From positions 1 through 26,617 of the forward strand of contig JAGGZC010000049.1 of the NCBI GenBank assembly GCA_021162185.1: a stretch of 26,617 nucleotides of DNA, given 5' to 3'. Of this stretch, positions 1 through 7,172 are shown in pieces; positions within the stretch are counted from its first letter, which is position 1, and the number at the start of each line of letters is the position of its first letter. The notes beneath the pieces are model-generated. The model did not search any database and was not told where the DNA came from. It saw nothing but the letters and a program-made list of their open reading frames with translations. Origin of the DNA: Candidatus Woesearchaeota archaeon (GTDB taxonomy: Archaea; Nanobdellota; Nanobdellia; Woesearchaeales; JAGGZC01). The translations under genes were made by a program, and so were the position numbers.

Positions 1-15
1 AGAAATAGATAATTT

Positions 16-87
16 TTCGCGCGTCCTCGTGACTTCTGTGGTGTTCGGCTTACGCCTGCGCTACTCGACCCTGCGCTTCGCTTGAGG
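16..87 (+). repeat. GC-rich hairpin module preceding attC-like site 1
   Basis: Starts CGTCCTCG like the module at 1263 (CGTCCCTCG) and ends GAGG-GTATAAC like the other two copies; contains GCTTACGC and GCTTCGC loops. Confidence 0.45.
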
Positions 88-167
88 GTATAACACGGAT
101 TTTACGGTTTCACTTCGTTCCACCTCAACTCGACTTCGTCGAGCTTCGTAAAATCCGAATGTTATAC
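88..167 (+). repeat. attC-like recombination site 1 (80 bp, intact)
   Basis: GTATAAC (88-94), A, CGGATTTTACG (96-106) ... CGTAAAATCCG (147-157), AAT, GTTATAC (161-167). The arms are perfectly complementary apart from two unpaired bases (AA, 158-159). Internal hairpin CTCGAC-TTC-GTCGAG at 129-143. Confidence 0.75.
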
Positions 168-193
168 ACAATTGGCTCCGGGGAGCCTGAAAC

Positions 194-208
194 AAAAAGA
201 TATTTAAA
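194..208 (+). promoter_or_regulatory. Archaeal BRE/TATA promoter for the methyltransferase cassette
   Basis: AAAAAGA-TATTTAAA; AGGAGG ribosome-binding site at 231-236, 6 nt before ATG 243. Confidence 0.5.
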
Positions 209-242
209 GGATCACTAATTAATTTATGTAAGGAGGCAAAAA

Positions 243-818
243 ATGGCAAACTTTCAAGCTAAGATGTTCAATAGAAGAGCTTCTGCCCCTAAAAACAAAC
301 CAGACCAGATTATAGAAGCTATCGCATTAAGGCCTGGTCAAAGTGTTGCAGATATTGGTTCAGGAGGGGGTTATTTTTCTCTGCGATTTGCCAAGATAGT
401 TGGAGAAGAGGGAAGAGTTTATGCAGTTGATACAAAACCAGAATTTTTAGAGTATGTTAAAAATAGTGCCAAAGAAAAAGGGTTGAATAATGTTATACCA
501 ACACTTGTATCGGGAGATAAATTAGGTTTACCTGAAAAAAGTTTAGATTTGATATTCATGCGTAATGTCACCCATCACCTACCAAACCGAGTAAAGTATT
601 TTAAGAGTCTAAAACGATTTTTAAAACCTGATGGAAGAATTGCTATCATTGATTATAAAAAAGGTAAAATTCTCACCTTCCATAGATTATTTGGACACTA
701 CGTTCCTAAGGAAACTATCATTCAAGAAATGAAAAAGGCAGGTTATCTGCTGGAAAAGGAATTCAATTTTTTACCAGAACAACATTTTACAATTTATGCA
801 GTGAAAAATGAAAGATAA
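243..818 (+). CDS. Class I SAM-dependent methyltransferase (UbiE/Methyltransf_31-like)
   Basis: Motif I VADIGSGGGYFS, acidic end of strand 2 (VYAVD), post-II LDLIFMRNVTHH; AGGAGG RBS. Confidence 0.9.
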   Translation: MANFQAKMFNRRASAPKNKPDQIIEAIALRPGQSVADIGSGGGYFSLRFAKIVGEEGRVYAVDTKPEFLEYVKNSAKEKGLNNVIPTLVSGDKLGLPEKSLDLIFMRNVTHHLPNRVKYFKSLKRFLKPDGRIAIIDYKKGKILTFHRLFGHYVPKETIIQEMKKAGYLLEKEFNFLPEQHFTIYAVKNER

Positions 819-877
819 AAGTATAATTTGCAATGTTCCAAATAAAAACATATAAAAAGAGAAATAATAATTAATCT

Positions 878-1054
878 ATGAAAGAAGGAAACAAAATGTG
901 TATGAGTAATAAAACAGAAGGCATAATTGCCATCTTAGCAGCTTTCTTCGTGTTGCTCTCAGCAATGCTTAACCCAAAAATTTCCGTAGGATTGGCTATT
1001 GTTTTCCTTGTTGTATTAAGTGCATACAAGTTATATCAAAGTAAAACAAAATGA
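878..1054 (+). CDS. Small two-TM membrane protein (58 aa; alternative starts 896/902), missing from ORF track
   Basis: Hand translation: MKEGNKMCMSNKTEGIIAILAAFFVLLSAMLNPKISVGLAIVFLVVLSAYKLYQSKTK*. Two hydrophobic helices; the stop overlaps the GAGGTGA RBS of the next gene. Confidence 0.7.
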   Translation: MKEGNKMCMSNKTEGIIAILAAFFVLLSAMLNPKISVGLAIVFLVVLSAYKLYQSKTK

Positions 1055-1064
1055 GGTGACAAAA

Positions 1065-1256
1065 ATGGAAAAAGACAAACTGCGAAAAATTGTTGTTGCT
1101 ATGCTTTCGGTAATAGTAACAATAAGTGTAATAGCATATCTCAATACACTACCGAAACCAGTTTTTGAGAAACCATACTGGATCAGTATTGTCGCATTGC
1201 TGTTCATGTATTGGATAATTTTCATCAACTGGTATTCCAAACGTAAAATAAAATAA
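1065..1256 (+). CDS. Small two-TM membrane protein (63 aa)
   Basis: GAGGTGA RBS at 1053-1059 favours ATG 1065 over GTG 1020; two hydrophobic segments, basic C-terminus. Confidence 0.7.
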   Translation: MEKDKLRKIVVAMLSVIVTISVIAYLNTLPKPVFEKPYWISIVALLFMYWIIFINWYSKRKIK

Positions 1257-1390
1257 GCATGACGTCCCTCGCTAACTCTTCGGATTGCTTCGCAATCCTC
1301 GTCTCTGTCGGGAGTGTATAACAGCGGATAAAGGGGAATTAGAGATTTCCCCAGATTGCCTTATGGCACTTCGTTTATCTGCAATATATT
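1254..1390 (+). repeat. Composite repeat 2: hairpin module plus degenerate attC-like site
   Basis: TAAGCATG (1254-1261, overlapping the stop codon), hairpin GGATTGC-TTC-GCAATCC (1282-1298), GTATAAC (1316-1322), GCGGATAAA pairing with TTTATCTGC (1374-1382, one mismatch). The right core is decayed to AATATATT. Confidence 0.6.
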
Positions 1391-1432
1391 CAATCCGCCT
1401 TTGTCTGCTAATTTGTAATTCATTCAATTCAG

Positions 1433-1481
1433 CCGAAAATTTTAAATATCAAATGTGATATATATCTAACATAGAGTTAGA
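1433..1481 (+). promoter_or_regulatory. BRE/TATA promoter with downstream palindromic operator
   Basis: CCGAAA-A-TTTTAAATA (1433-1448); inverted repeat TCTAAC-ATAGA-GTTAGA (1465-1481) near the expected transcription start, upstream of the DUF2178-XRE pair. Confidence 0.55.
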
Positions 1482-1507
1482 ATAATATAACAATATAATG
1501 TGAGAAA

Positions 1508-1879
1508 ATGGATCGGAAGCAATTTGCAATATATGCGGCCTTGGTATGTGCAATAATGGGAGCAGTGGTTGGATATGGAGTATCTAAAGGAAATGCATTA
1601 TTGCCAGTGATTGCATTTAGTATAGGAATAGTTTTGATAGTATTGGGTAAGAGAGGTGTTAAAGAGGTTATGGAGGATGAAAGGACTCACAGAATAAGTG
1701 AGAAAGCATCGAGAAGAATATACCAGGTTTTTGTAATGGGTGCTGCATTAGCTGGTACAATATTGATAGCGCTAAACAAGCATATAGAAGTAGGTTATAC
1801 ACTGGCTTTTTCAGCGTGTGCCTTATTGGTTCTTTACTTAGTGCTCTACAGTTACTACAATAAGAAAGCTTTTGAGTAA
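1508..1879 (+). CDS. DUF2178-like membrane protein
   Basis: Four hydrophobic segments and the characteristic DERTxRISEKASR motif; adjacent to an XRE regulator, a pairing common in archaea. Confidence 0.8.
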   Translation: MDRKQFAIYAALVCAIMGAVVGYGVSKGNALLPVIAFSIGIVLIVLGKRGVKEVMEDERTHRISEKASRRIYQVFVMGAALAGTILIALNKHIEVGYTLAFSACALLVLYLVLYSYYNKKAFE

Positions 1880-1899
1880 GTAAATAAAGAGGAATTAAA

Positions 1900-2100
1900 A
1901 TGAGGACACGGATCAAAGAATTTAGAGCAAGATACAACATGACACAGGAAGAGTTAGCAAAAAAAGTAGGGGTTAGAAGAGAGACTATCGTTTTCTTGGA
2001 GAAAGGAAAGTACAATCCATCCCTTAAATTGGCATATAAAGTGGCTAAAGCATTGAACACAACAATTGAGGAGTTGTTTATATTCGATGAGAATGATTGA
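1900..2100 (+). CDS. XRE-family helix-turn-helix transcriptional regulator
   Basis: [45 protein letters not shown]; GAGGA RBS upstream. Confidence 0.95.
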   Translation: MRTRIKEFRARYNMTQEELAKKVGVRRETIVFLEKGKYNPSLKLAYKVAKALNTTIEELFIFDEND

Positions 2101-2106
2101 GGTCTT

Positions 2107-2234
2107 TAAGCATGCTCGGCGGATTTCTCAGCTTACGCTTCAATCCTAACTTAGCTTGGGGGTATAACAGTGGATAAAAGGCTTGGCTTCACCCCAAACC
2201 TACTTCGTGGCTTTGCGTGTTCCTATCTTTTATA
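2107..2234 (+). repeat. Composite repeat 3: hairpin module plus truncated attC-like site (array boundary)
   Basis: TAAGCATG (2107-2114), GGATT...AATCC stem, GTATAACAGTGGATAAAAG (2162-2180), nearly identical to copy 2 (GTATAACAGCGGATAAAGG). Only a partial partner arm (CTTTTAT, 2227-2233) and no GTTATAC. Confidence 0.55.
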
Positions 2235-2298
2235 GTGGTAATAAGTTAACAAGACATCCATGCGAAAAATATATAAAGACTATGGGCACTTCAGTATT

Positions 2299-3072
2299 AT
2301 GGCTAGATTTGGGGAGTTATTAGAATCCATATATGAACCATTCAGGACAAGCATAATTGTTCCAGGTATGTTTTTTTCACTTCTACTTCTATTAGTCATG
2401 GACATATTTGACTCTCTACTAACACCTCTAAGCTACACATTACAAGGAGCTATTCTTGAAATAATATTGCTCTTGATCGCTGCTTGGTTCTCAGTAACTA
2501 TTTATGGAACCATGATCTACTTCTATGAAAAAAGAAAGGAAAAGCAGGGATTCTTTAAAAAACTAGTAGAGATTCTCAAGACAAGTTCCCCTAAGTTGTT
2601 CGTGATAGGAATAGTATACGCAGTCCTTATGATGATCTCTTCATTAATACTCTTCCTAATAGCAATGATTGGCCTATGGCTAGGTAAAATCACAATAATA
2701 TTAACAATAATCATTGGAATAGTGGTAATAATTGGTGCAATGTTTATATTATCATACTTATCCCTAGAAGAGCTATATGCATTTAGATTAATCCTACTAA
2801 GAAAAAAGAACATTGGAGAGGCGATCTCTAAGAGTCTAGGAGTGAGGAAAAATATATGTATGGGCACATCTGCAGTTGTGGTAATAGGAATAATCTATAT
2901 ATTATTCTTTTCAATTCTTAATGGTATATTTGCATATCCATTGCTAAGAGGAATCAATGCTTATTATCCAATATATGTAACATTTTCAATGCTTATTAGT
3001 ACATTCCTCTCATCTGCGTTTATAATAATCCTAACATCAATCTCTATTAAGATTCATCCAAAGAGAGCATAG
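2299..3072 (+). CDS. Multi-pass membrane protein of unknown function
   Basis: About six hydrophobic segments. The ORF opens at 2260, but a TATA-like AATATATAAAG about 25 nt upstream favours leaderless ATG 2299. Confidence 0.7.
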   Translation: MARFGELLESIYEPFRTSIIVPGMFFSLLLLLVMDIFDSLLTPLSYTLQGAILEIILLLIAAWFSVTIYGTMIYFYEKRKEKQGFFKKLVEILKTSSPKLFVIGIVYAVLMMISSLILFLIAMIGLWLGKITIILTIIIGIVVIIGAMFILSYLSLEELYAFRLILLRKKNIGEAISKSLGVRKNICMGTSAVVVIGIIYILFFSILNGIFAYPLLRGINAYYPIYVTFSMLISTFLSSAFIIILTSISIKIHPKRA

Positions 3073-3967
3073 TTTCTATTTCTCTTCTCAGATTTTTCGC
3101 GATAATTGTATTGTGTATTATCAATAAGTCTTCATCATTCTTTGTAAAGGCATTTATACTTGGATTATAACTCCCAGTAACAATTGTTTTGTTATCAATT
3201 ATAAAGAGCTTTGAGTGTATTAAAAGTGGAGAATCCTCTAATACTATTTTAGTATACCTTGCTAGTAGCACTGCTTCTTTATTGTTAGCACTACTACTCT
3301 CTATAATCCCAGTAATGCTTATATTCTTCTTTGCAAGTGTTCTTAGTTCCTCTATGATTAATGGATCACTAAGCACATATAGTTGGACATATACTTCTTG
3401 CTCTGCTTCTCCAAGTGTTTTTAATAAGAGCCACCTACAAGTAGGGGATGGTGTGAAACATATTTCTATGGAAGACTCGTTATTATGGACTATGTAATAG
3501 GGACTGATTTTAAGGTTTTGGAGCATGCCTTGAAAGTTTTTTTCAAAGATAGAGGATATTCGCGAGGAATTAAGATTTACTACTATGTTGAACGTATCCC
3601 TATTAGGAATAGTAGGGTTATAACTCCCAAGAACAATGCTTGTGGAATTATAGCAATATTTGTGGTGCATTAAGCCATCACTTTTTCTTGGAATTCCCAT
3701 ACCCCAATAATTTGATTCATCCACTATTAATGATTTATTTTTCAGCATGGTTATTGCTAGAGGATGATTTATACTATAAAATGCACACTTACTAGAATCA
3801 TCCCTAAATATTGGTATGAAGAAGTTTAGGCATTCATCATTGATACATGGATGAATAGCTATGCTTATATTATCATAAAACTCCACATTCCTTTCATTAC
3901 TACTAGTCCTTGTTACCAGCATGCTTAGAATAGTTATGGATAGTATTATGACTTCTAGCTTTTTCAT
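3047..3967 (-). CDS. Secreted or membrane-anchored phospholipase D/nuclease superfamily protein
   Basis: N-terminal signal/anchor. Two HKD-type motifs: HHKYCYNS...GSYNPT (Asp missing) and HSKLFIID...GSYNPS (canonical). Confidence 0.85.
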   Translation of the reverse strand: MKKLEVIILSITILSMLVTRTSSNERNVEFYDNISIAIHPCINDECLNFFIPIFRDDSSKCAFYSINHPLAITMLKNKSLIVDESNYWGMGIPRKSDGLMHHKYCYNSTSIVLGSYNPTIPNRDTFNIVVNLNSSRISSIFEKNFQGMLQNLKISPYYIVHNNESSIEICFTPSPTCRWLLLKTLGEAEQEVYVQLYVLSDPLIIEELRTLAKKNISITGIIESSSANNKEAVLLARYTKIVLEDSPLLIHSKLFIIDNKTIVTGSYNPSINAFTKNDEDLLIIHNTIIAKNLRREIETMLSLDES

Positions 3968-3983
3968 GTGAAAGGAATTATAT

Positions 3984-4565
3984 TTATGGTTTAACCCGTT
4001 TTCTTCTTTTTTCTCGGAGAAGTTTTATCATTCCTGCAAGTTTTTCAATACTATTAGCAGCTCCAAACAATGCATTCCAATGAGCATCCCGAAACACTTC
4101 TAGAAGTATATCAACCTCTCCATAGCTCTCTCTTTTCCCAGGATTAATCCCTAGAAGTTTTCCTGCAAGAGAGATCTCACCCCACAAAAAATGTTTCAAT
4201 ATATAGATGTTTTCTCCATGATATTTTTCTATTATCCTCGCAGGGTCTTCTTGTTCAAGCATTGCTCCAAGAAAGTCTGACACATATTTCTCTAGATATA
4301 TTGGTATGATCATGTCTTTATTTTTCATTCTTTTTGTTTTCTTTATTCTTAATCTGTCTTTAAAGATTTTTTTTAACAAAAACTCTGCGAGCCAAGAGGT
4401 AGGAGTTTCAAGCATATAGTACTCTTTCTCAGAATCAAAACCTGTTCTTCTTAACTCTTTCTTTAATCTTTGTTCTAATAATTCTAGAAAGCAGTCCCTA
4501 CAATAGCATCTATCAATATAATCCAAGCATATAACTGCTTTTCTCCCACAGCTAAAACATTTCAT
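3984..4565 (-). CDS. Zinc-finger protein resembling a degenerate TtuA/Ncs6 N-terminus
   Basis: MKCFSCGRKAV...YCRDCF zinc ribbon followed by a basic helix; no PP-loop SGGKDS; only 193 aa. Confidence 0.55.
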   Translation of the reverse strand: MKCFSCGRKAVICLDYIDRCYCRDCFLELLEQRLKKELRRTGFDSEKEYYMLETPTSWLAEFLLKKIFKDRLRIKKTKRMKNKDMIIPIYLEKYVSDFLGAMLEQEDPARIIEKYHGENIYILKHFLWGEISLAGKLLGINPGKRESYGEVDILLEVFRDAHWNALFGAANSIEKLAGMIKLLREKRRKRVKP

Positions 4566-4608
4566 GGTTTTGGATTCCTTTCCTTATTTTTAATTATTTT
4601 TATAATTC

Positions 4609-4624
4609 TTTTCAATATTGAAAA
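4609..4624. promoter_or_regulatory. Perfect 16-bp palindrome TTTTCAATATTGAAAA
   Basis: Read directly; an identical core recurs at 18278-18293. Regulatory role is inferred. Confidence 0.4.
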
Positions 4625-4721
4625 ATTTTTATCAAAAACTTTAAATATCAGTTAATCTACTACAGGGTGGTTAACAATTACTTTAGAGTGATTAATTATT
4701 TATGCTGCCCTCACCTCTTTC

Positions 4722-4752
4722 CCAGGGAGAAGCATTTCCTGCTTCTCCCTGG
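4722..4752. other. Perfect 13-bp stem / 5-nt loop hairpin in an intergenic region
   Basis: CCAGGGAGAAGCA-TTTCC-TGCTTCTCCCTGG; function unknown. Confidence 0.6.
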
Positions 4753-4824
4753 CCCATATTCCTCTCATTTCTTCTATGCATAATTAGAAGAATCCTTAGT
4801 TATAAAGCGGATTATTTACTCGCT

Positions 4825-6573
4825 CTATTTCCTTCTTTTCCTTTTCTTTGCTTTCTTTAATTTTCCCCTTCTCTTTGGGATTATTAGCCCTATAATAAGT
4901 CCAACAAGCAAACCAACCCCAAAAGAGACAGGATAACTAGTATTGATCCTTAACTCTTTCTCTGGGAAGTATTGGCTCATAGAGCTAAACTCTAATGCAT
5001 ACTCTGCATATATAAGGGAGGATAGTGGACTCTTATCTAGAAGATATTCACCATAAGCATAGTAACTATAACCCATAAATGGGAATCCTTTATCTTCTTC
5101 ATTTGCAATAAAGATCTCTGCAGCTCTAAGTTTTTCTTTGGTAAGATCTGGTATTAATTTTTCATCCATCCTAATAGTGGATAATAAACTATTAATCTCT
5201 GCCACCGCTTTACTAGCAAGATATAATGCTAGTGCAGGATCATTTGCTAATACACTCTTTGCCTCTTCAAGGTCTTGTCTTTGCTTTTCTGCTTTTACTT
5301 CTCCATAGCTTATTGCTTCCAGATATTCCGCTCTCTCTTCTCCTTCCAAGATTTTTTCAATTGCAAGGTTTTCTAGAAAGCTTTTATCTATCTCTATCTT
5401 CTTACTAGGGATTCCATACATTTCTCCCCATTCTTTTGCACTATAAATTCTTTCCTTTGCATAGCTCAACTCTTCTATGCATATTTTTCTAGAATCATCA
5501 TAACTCTTGTTTTCATCCATGATTGCTTTTCTACAATTCTCAATTGATTTCTCTGCCTCTCTTAATCTTTCTTTTACAACCATTACTGTCTGTAAATCAT
5601 TAATAGTCTTAATCCTTTTTGAATCGGTCTCTATTCTAATATTATCAATCTCTTTTTCCAGTTCATCTATTAATGCAGTAAAACTAGTAGTGGCGTTCAT
5701 TAATATTCTTTGAAGGTATATATTACTATTGAAACACAGGCTTGCTCGCACATACCATATACTCGTATTCATTGCTTCTTCATACTTTTTCTTGGCTATT
5801 TTTGATAGATTCGTTTCTTCTAGCCCTAAAGAAGTAATATTCCTTGTTAGTTGTTCTGATCTTTCACATAACTCTTTAGCTATTTTATACATCCTATTCT
5901 CATATTCCTTGTTTTCTGTTAATTGTTTTATACTTATGTTTTTACTAGTAGCAACTCCTAGTCCTTCTATAATGTTTCCTATAGGTATAATCTTTATTCT
6001 TTTAAACGAATTTATCAGGGTTTCATTTAGTTTGGAAGTATTAGTATTATTATCCCAGTACAATAGAGCGAGTCTTGGGACTAGGACTATGTTTTTTCCA
6101 TTATTCATTGCTGCTAGTGCTTTTTCTTTTAAACCCTCTACTGGGCCTATTACTCCTCCAGATGTAACTGTGCCACTCATTGATACTTGATCCTTTATAT
6201 CTAAGCCATATAGCATTGCAAGCGTTGTTATAGCTATGAACCCACCGGCACTTGGCCCTCCTACTAATGGAGAACTTGTTTTTATATTATAATAGAAATC
6301 ATAATTTTTACAGTCAACAGGGCTATATCTGCATGCTTCCTTGTTTGCAATCCTAATACTTTCAATAGTGTCAAGCCTGCTCAAGGGATATGTATCAATA
6401 TATATCCTACCACTACCCGGAGTTATTTTTACATATAGATTAGCAGTCCCCCCTATCAACCCATTATCTGTGTGGGAAACCGTTAAAAGTGTTACCTCTT
6501 CACTATTTTTTACACCTATGACTAATAGGGGTGAGAATACTAGAAGGATGATTAGTATAAACACTCGCCTCAT
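4825..6573 (-). CDS. Membrane-anchored Lon-like (S16) serine protease without ATPase domain
   Basis: GGPSAG catalytic Ser with Lys exactly 43 residues later (GPVEGLKEK); N-terminal signal peptide, helical middle region, C-terminal TM plus basic tail. Confidence 0.88.
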   Translation of the reverse strand: MRRVFILIILLVFSPLLVIGVKNSEEVTLLTVSHTDNGLIGGTANLYVKITPGSGRIYIDTYPLSRLDTIESIRIANKEACRYSPVDCKNYDFYYNIKTSSPLVGGPSAGGFIAITTLAMLYGLDIKDQVSMSGTVTSGGVIGPVEGLKEKALAAMNNGKNIVLVPRLALLYWDNNTNTSKLNETLINSFKRIKIIPIGNIIEGLGVATSKNISIKQLTENKEYENRMYKIAKELCERSEQLTRNITSLGLEETNLSKIAKKKYEEAMNTSIWYVRASLCFNSNIYLQRILMNATTSFTALIDELEKEIDNIRIETDSKRIKTINDLQTVMVVKERLREAEKSIENCRKAIMDENKSYDDSRKICIEELSYAKERIYSAKEWGEMYGIPSKKIEIDKSFLENLAIEKILEGEERAEYLEAISYGEVKAEKQRQDLEEAKSVLANDPALALYLASKAVAEINSLLSTIRMDEKLIPDLTKEKLRAAEIFIANEEDKGFPFMGYSYYAYGEYLLDKSPLSSLIYAEYALEFSSMSQYFPEKELRINTSYPVSFGVGLLVGLIIGLIIPKRRGKLKKAKKRKRRK

Positions 6574-7172
6574 TTTTTCCTCCCCTTGTATCTTCCTCTT
6601 GATTCAACTATTCTTAATCTCTCTAGGGCTTCTCCTGCTTTTTTAAATTCTTTTCTATATCCCTTTAAGAATAGTTCCCATAGTTCATCCATACATTTAT
6701 AGTGTCTACTCTCTAATGCTTGTCTTAATACATGTAGATCCACTGCATAATCCTCGATTTTTAAGCTATGCCCGGCTAATCCAAAGTCTATCAAGAAGAC
6801 TTTTCCATCCTTTACTATTGCATTACTAGTTGTTAGATCTCCATGATAGATTCCTAGGCCATGCATTTTTCCTACGAGTATTCCGAATTGTTCGATTAAT
6901 TCCTTATTTTCACAGGCTATATCTACTAGGCGTTCTCCTTCAATATATTCCATTATTATCTCATAGTTATCTATTCCTATAATTTTGGGAACGTTTACAT
7001 TATTTTTGTATAATTTTTCCATGATTCTTGCTTCTATTCTTGTTCTCTTCTTTCTGAGTTCTTCGTCTAGTTCTTTTATTCTATAGCTTTTCTTTATCCT
7101 TTTCTTTACTACTCTTCCATCTGTCTTTTCAATTATTGCTTCTGCTCCTCTTCCTAATATTCTCCTTGACAT
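6570..7172 (-). CDS. bud32: Bud32/PRPK KEOPS kinase (Kae1-associated)
   Basis: GRGAEA loop, YHGDLTTSN, LIDFGL, ESRGRYK tail; GAGGTGG RBS favours ATG 7172 over 7196. Confidence 0.93.
   Translation of the reverse strand: MSRRILGRGAEAIIEKTDGRVVKKRIKKSYRIKELDEELRKKRTRIEARIMEKLYKNNVNVPKIIGIDNYEIIMEYIEGERLVDIACENKELIEQFGILVGKMHGLGIYHGDLTTSNAIVKDGKVFLIDFGLAGHSLKIEDYAVDLHVLRQALESRHYKCMDELWELFLKGYRKEFKKAGEALERLRIVESRGRYKGRKK

Larger units (their letters stand above)
1..2234 (+). mobile_element. Integron-like gene cassette array (attC cluster, integrase not in window); left end runs off the window
   Basis: Three related GC-rich palindromic elements (core GTATAAC at 88, 1316, 2162). They flank co-oriented short + strand genes, and the second and third begin at or within 7 nt of a stop codon. 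The first has a complete GTATAAC...GTTATAC inverted-core architecture. Confidence 0.7.

Noticed and set aside
61-249. 62-aa minus-strand ORF
   Set aside because: It runs across the attC-like palindrome and the methyltransferase promoter; no recognisable protein features.
1020-1064. GTG start for the 78-aa ORF
   Set aside because: It overlaps the 878-1054 gene; a strong GAGGTGA RBS supports ATG 1065.
16-2234. Repeats as a CRISPR array
   Set aside because: Copies are long, divergent and separated by whole genes rather than 30-45 nt spacers; no cas genes.
4718-4756. SRP RNA helix 8 or SECIS element
   Set aside because: CAGG and AGCA are present but the GNRA-capped inner stem and flanking SRP helices are absent; the hairpin is perfectly paired and no in-frame UGA selenoprotein is nearby.
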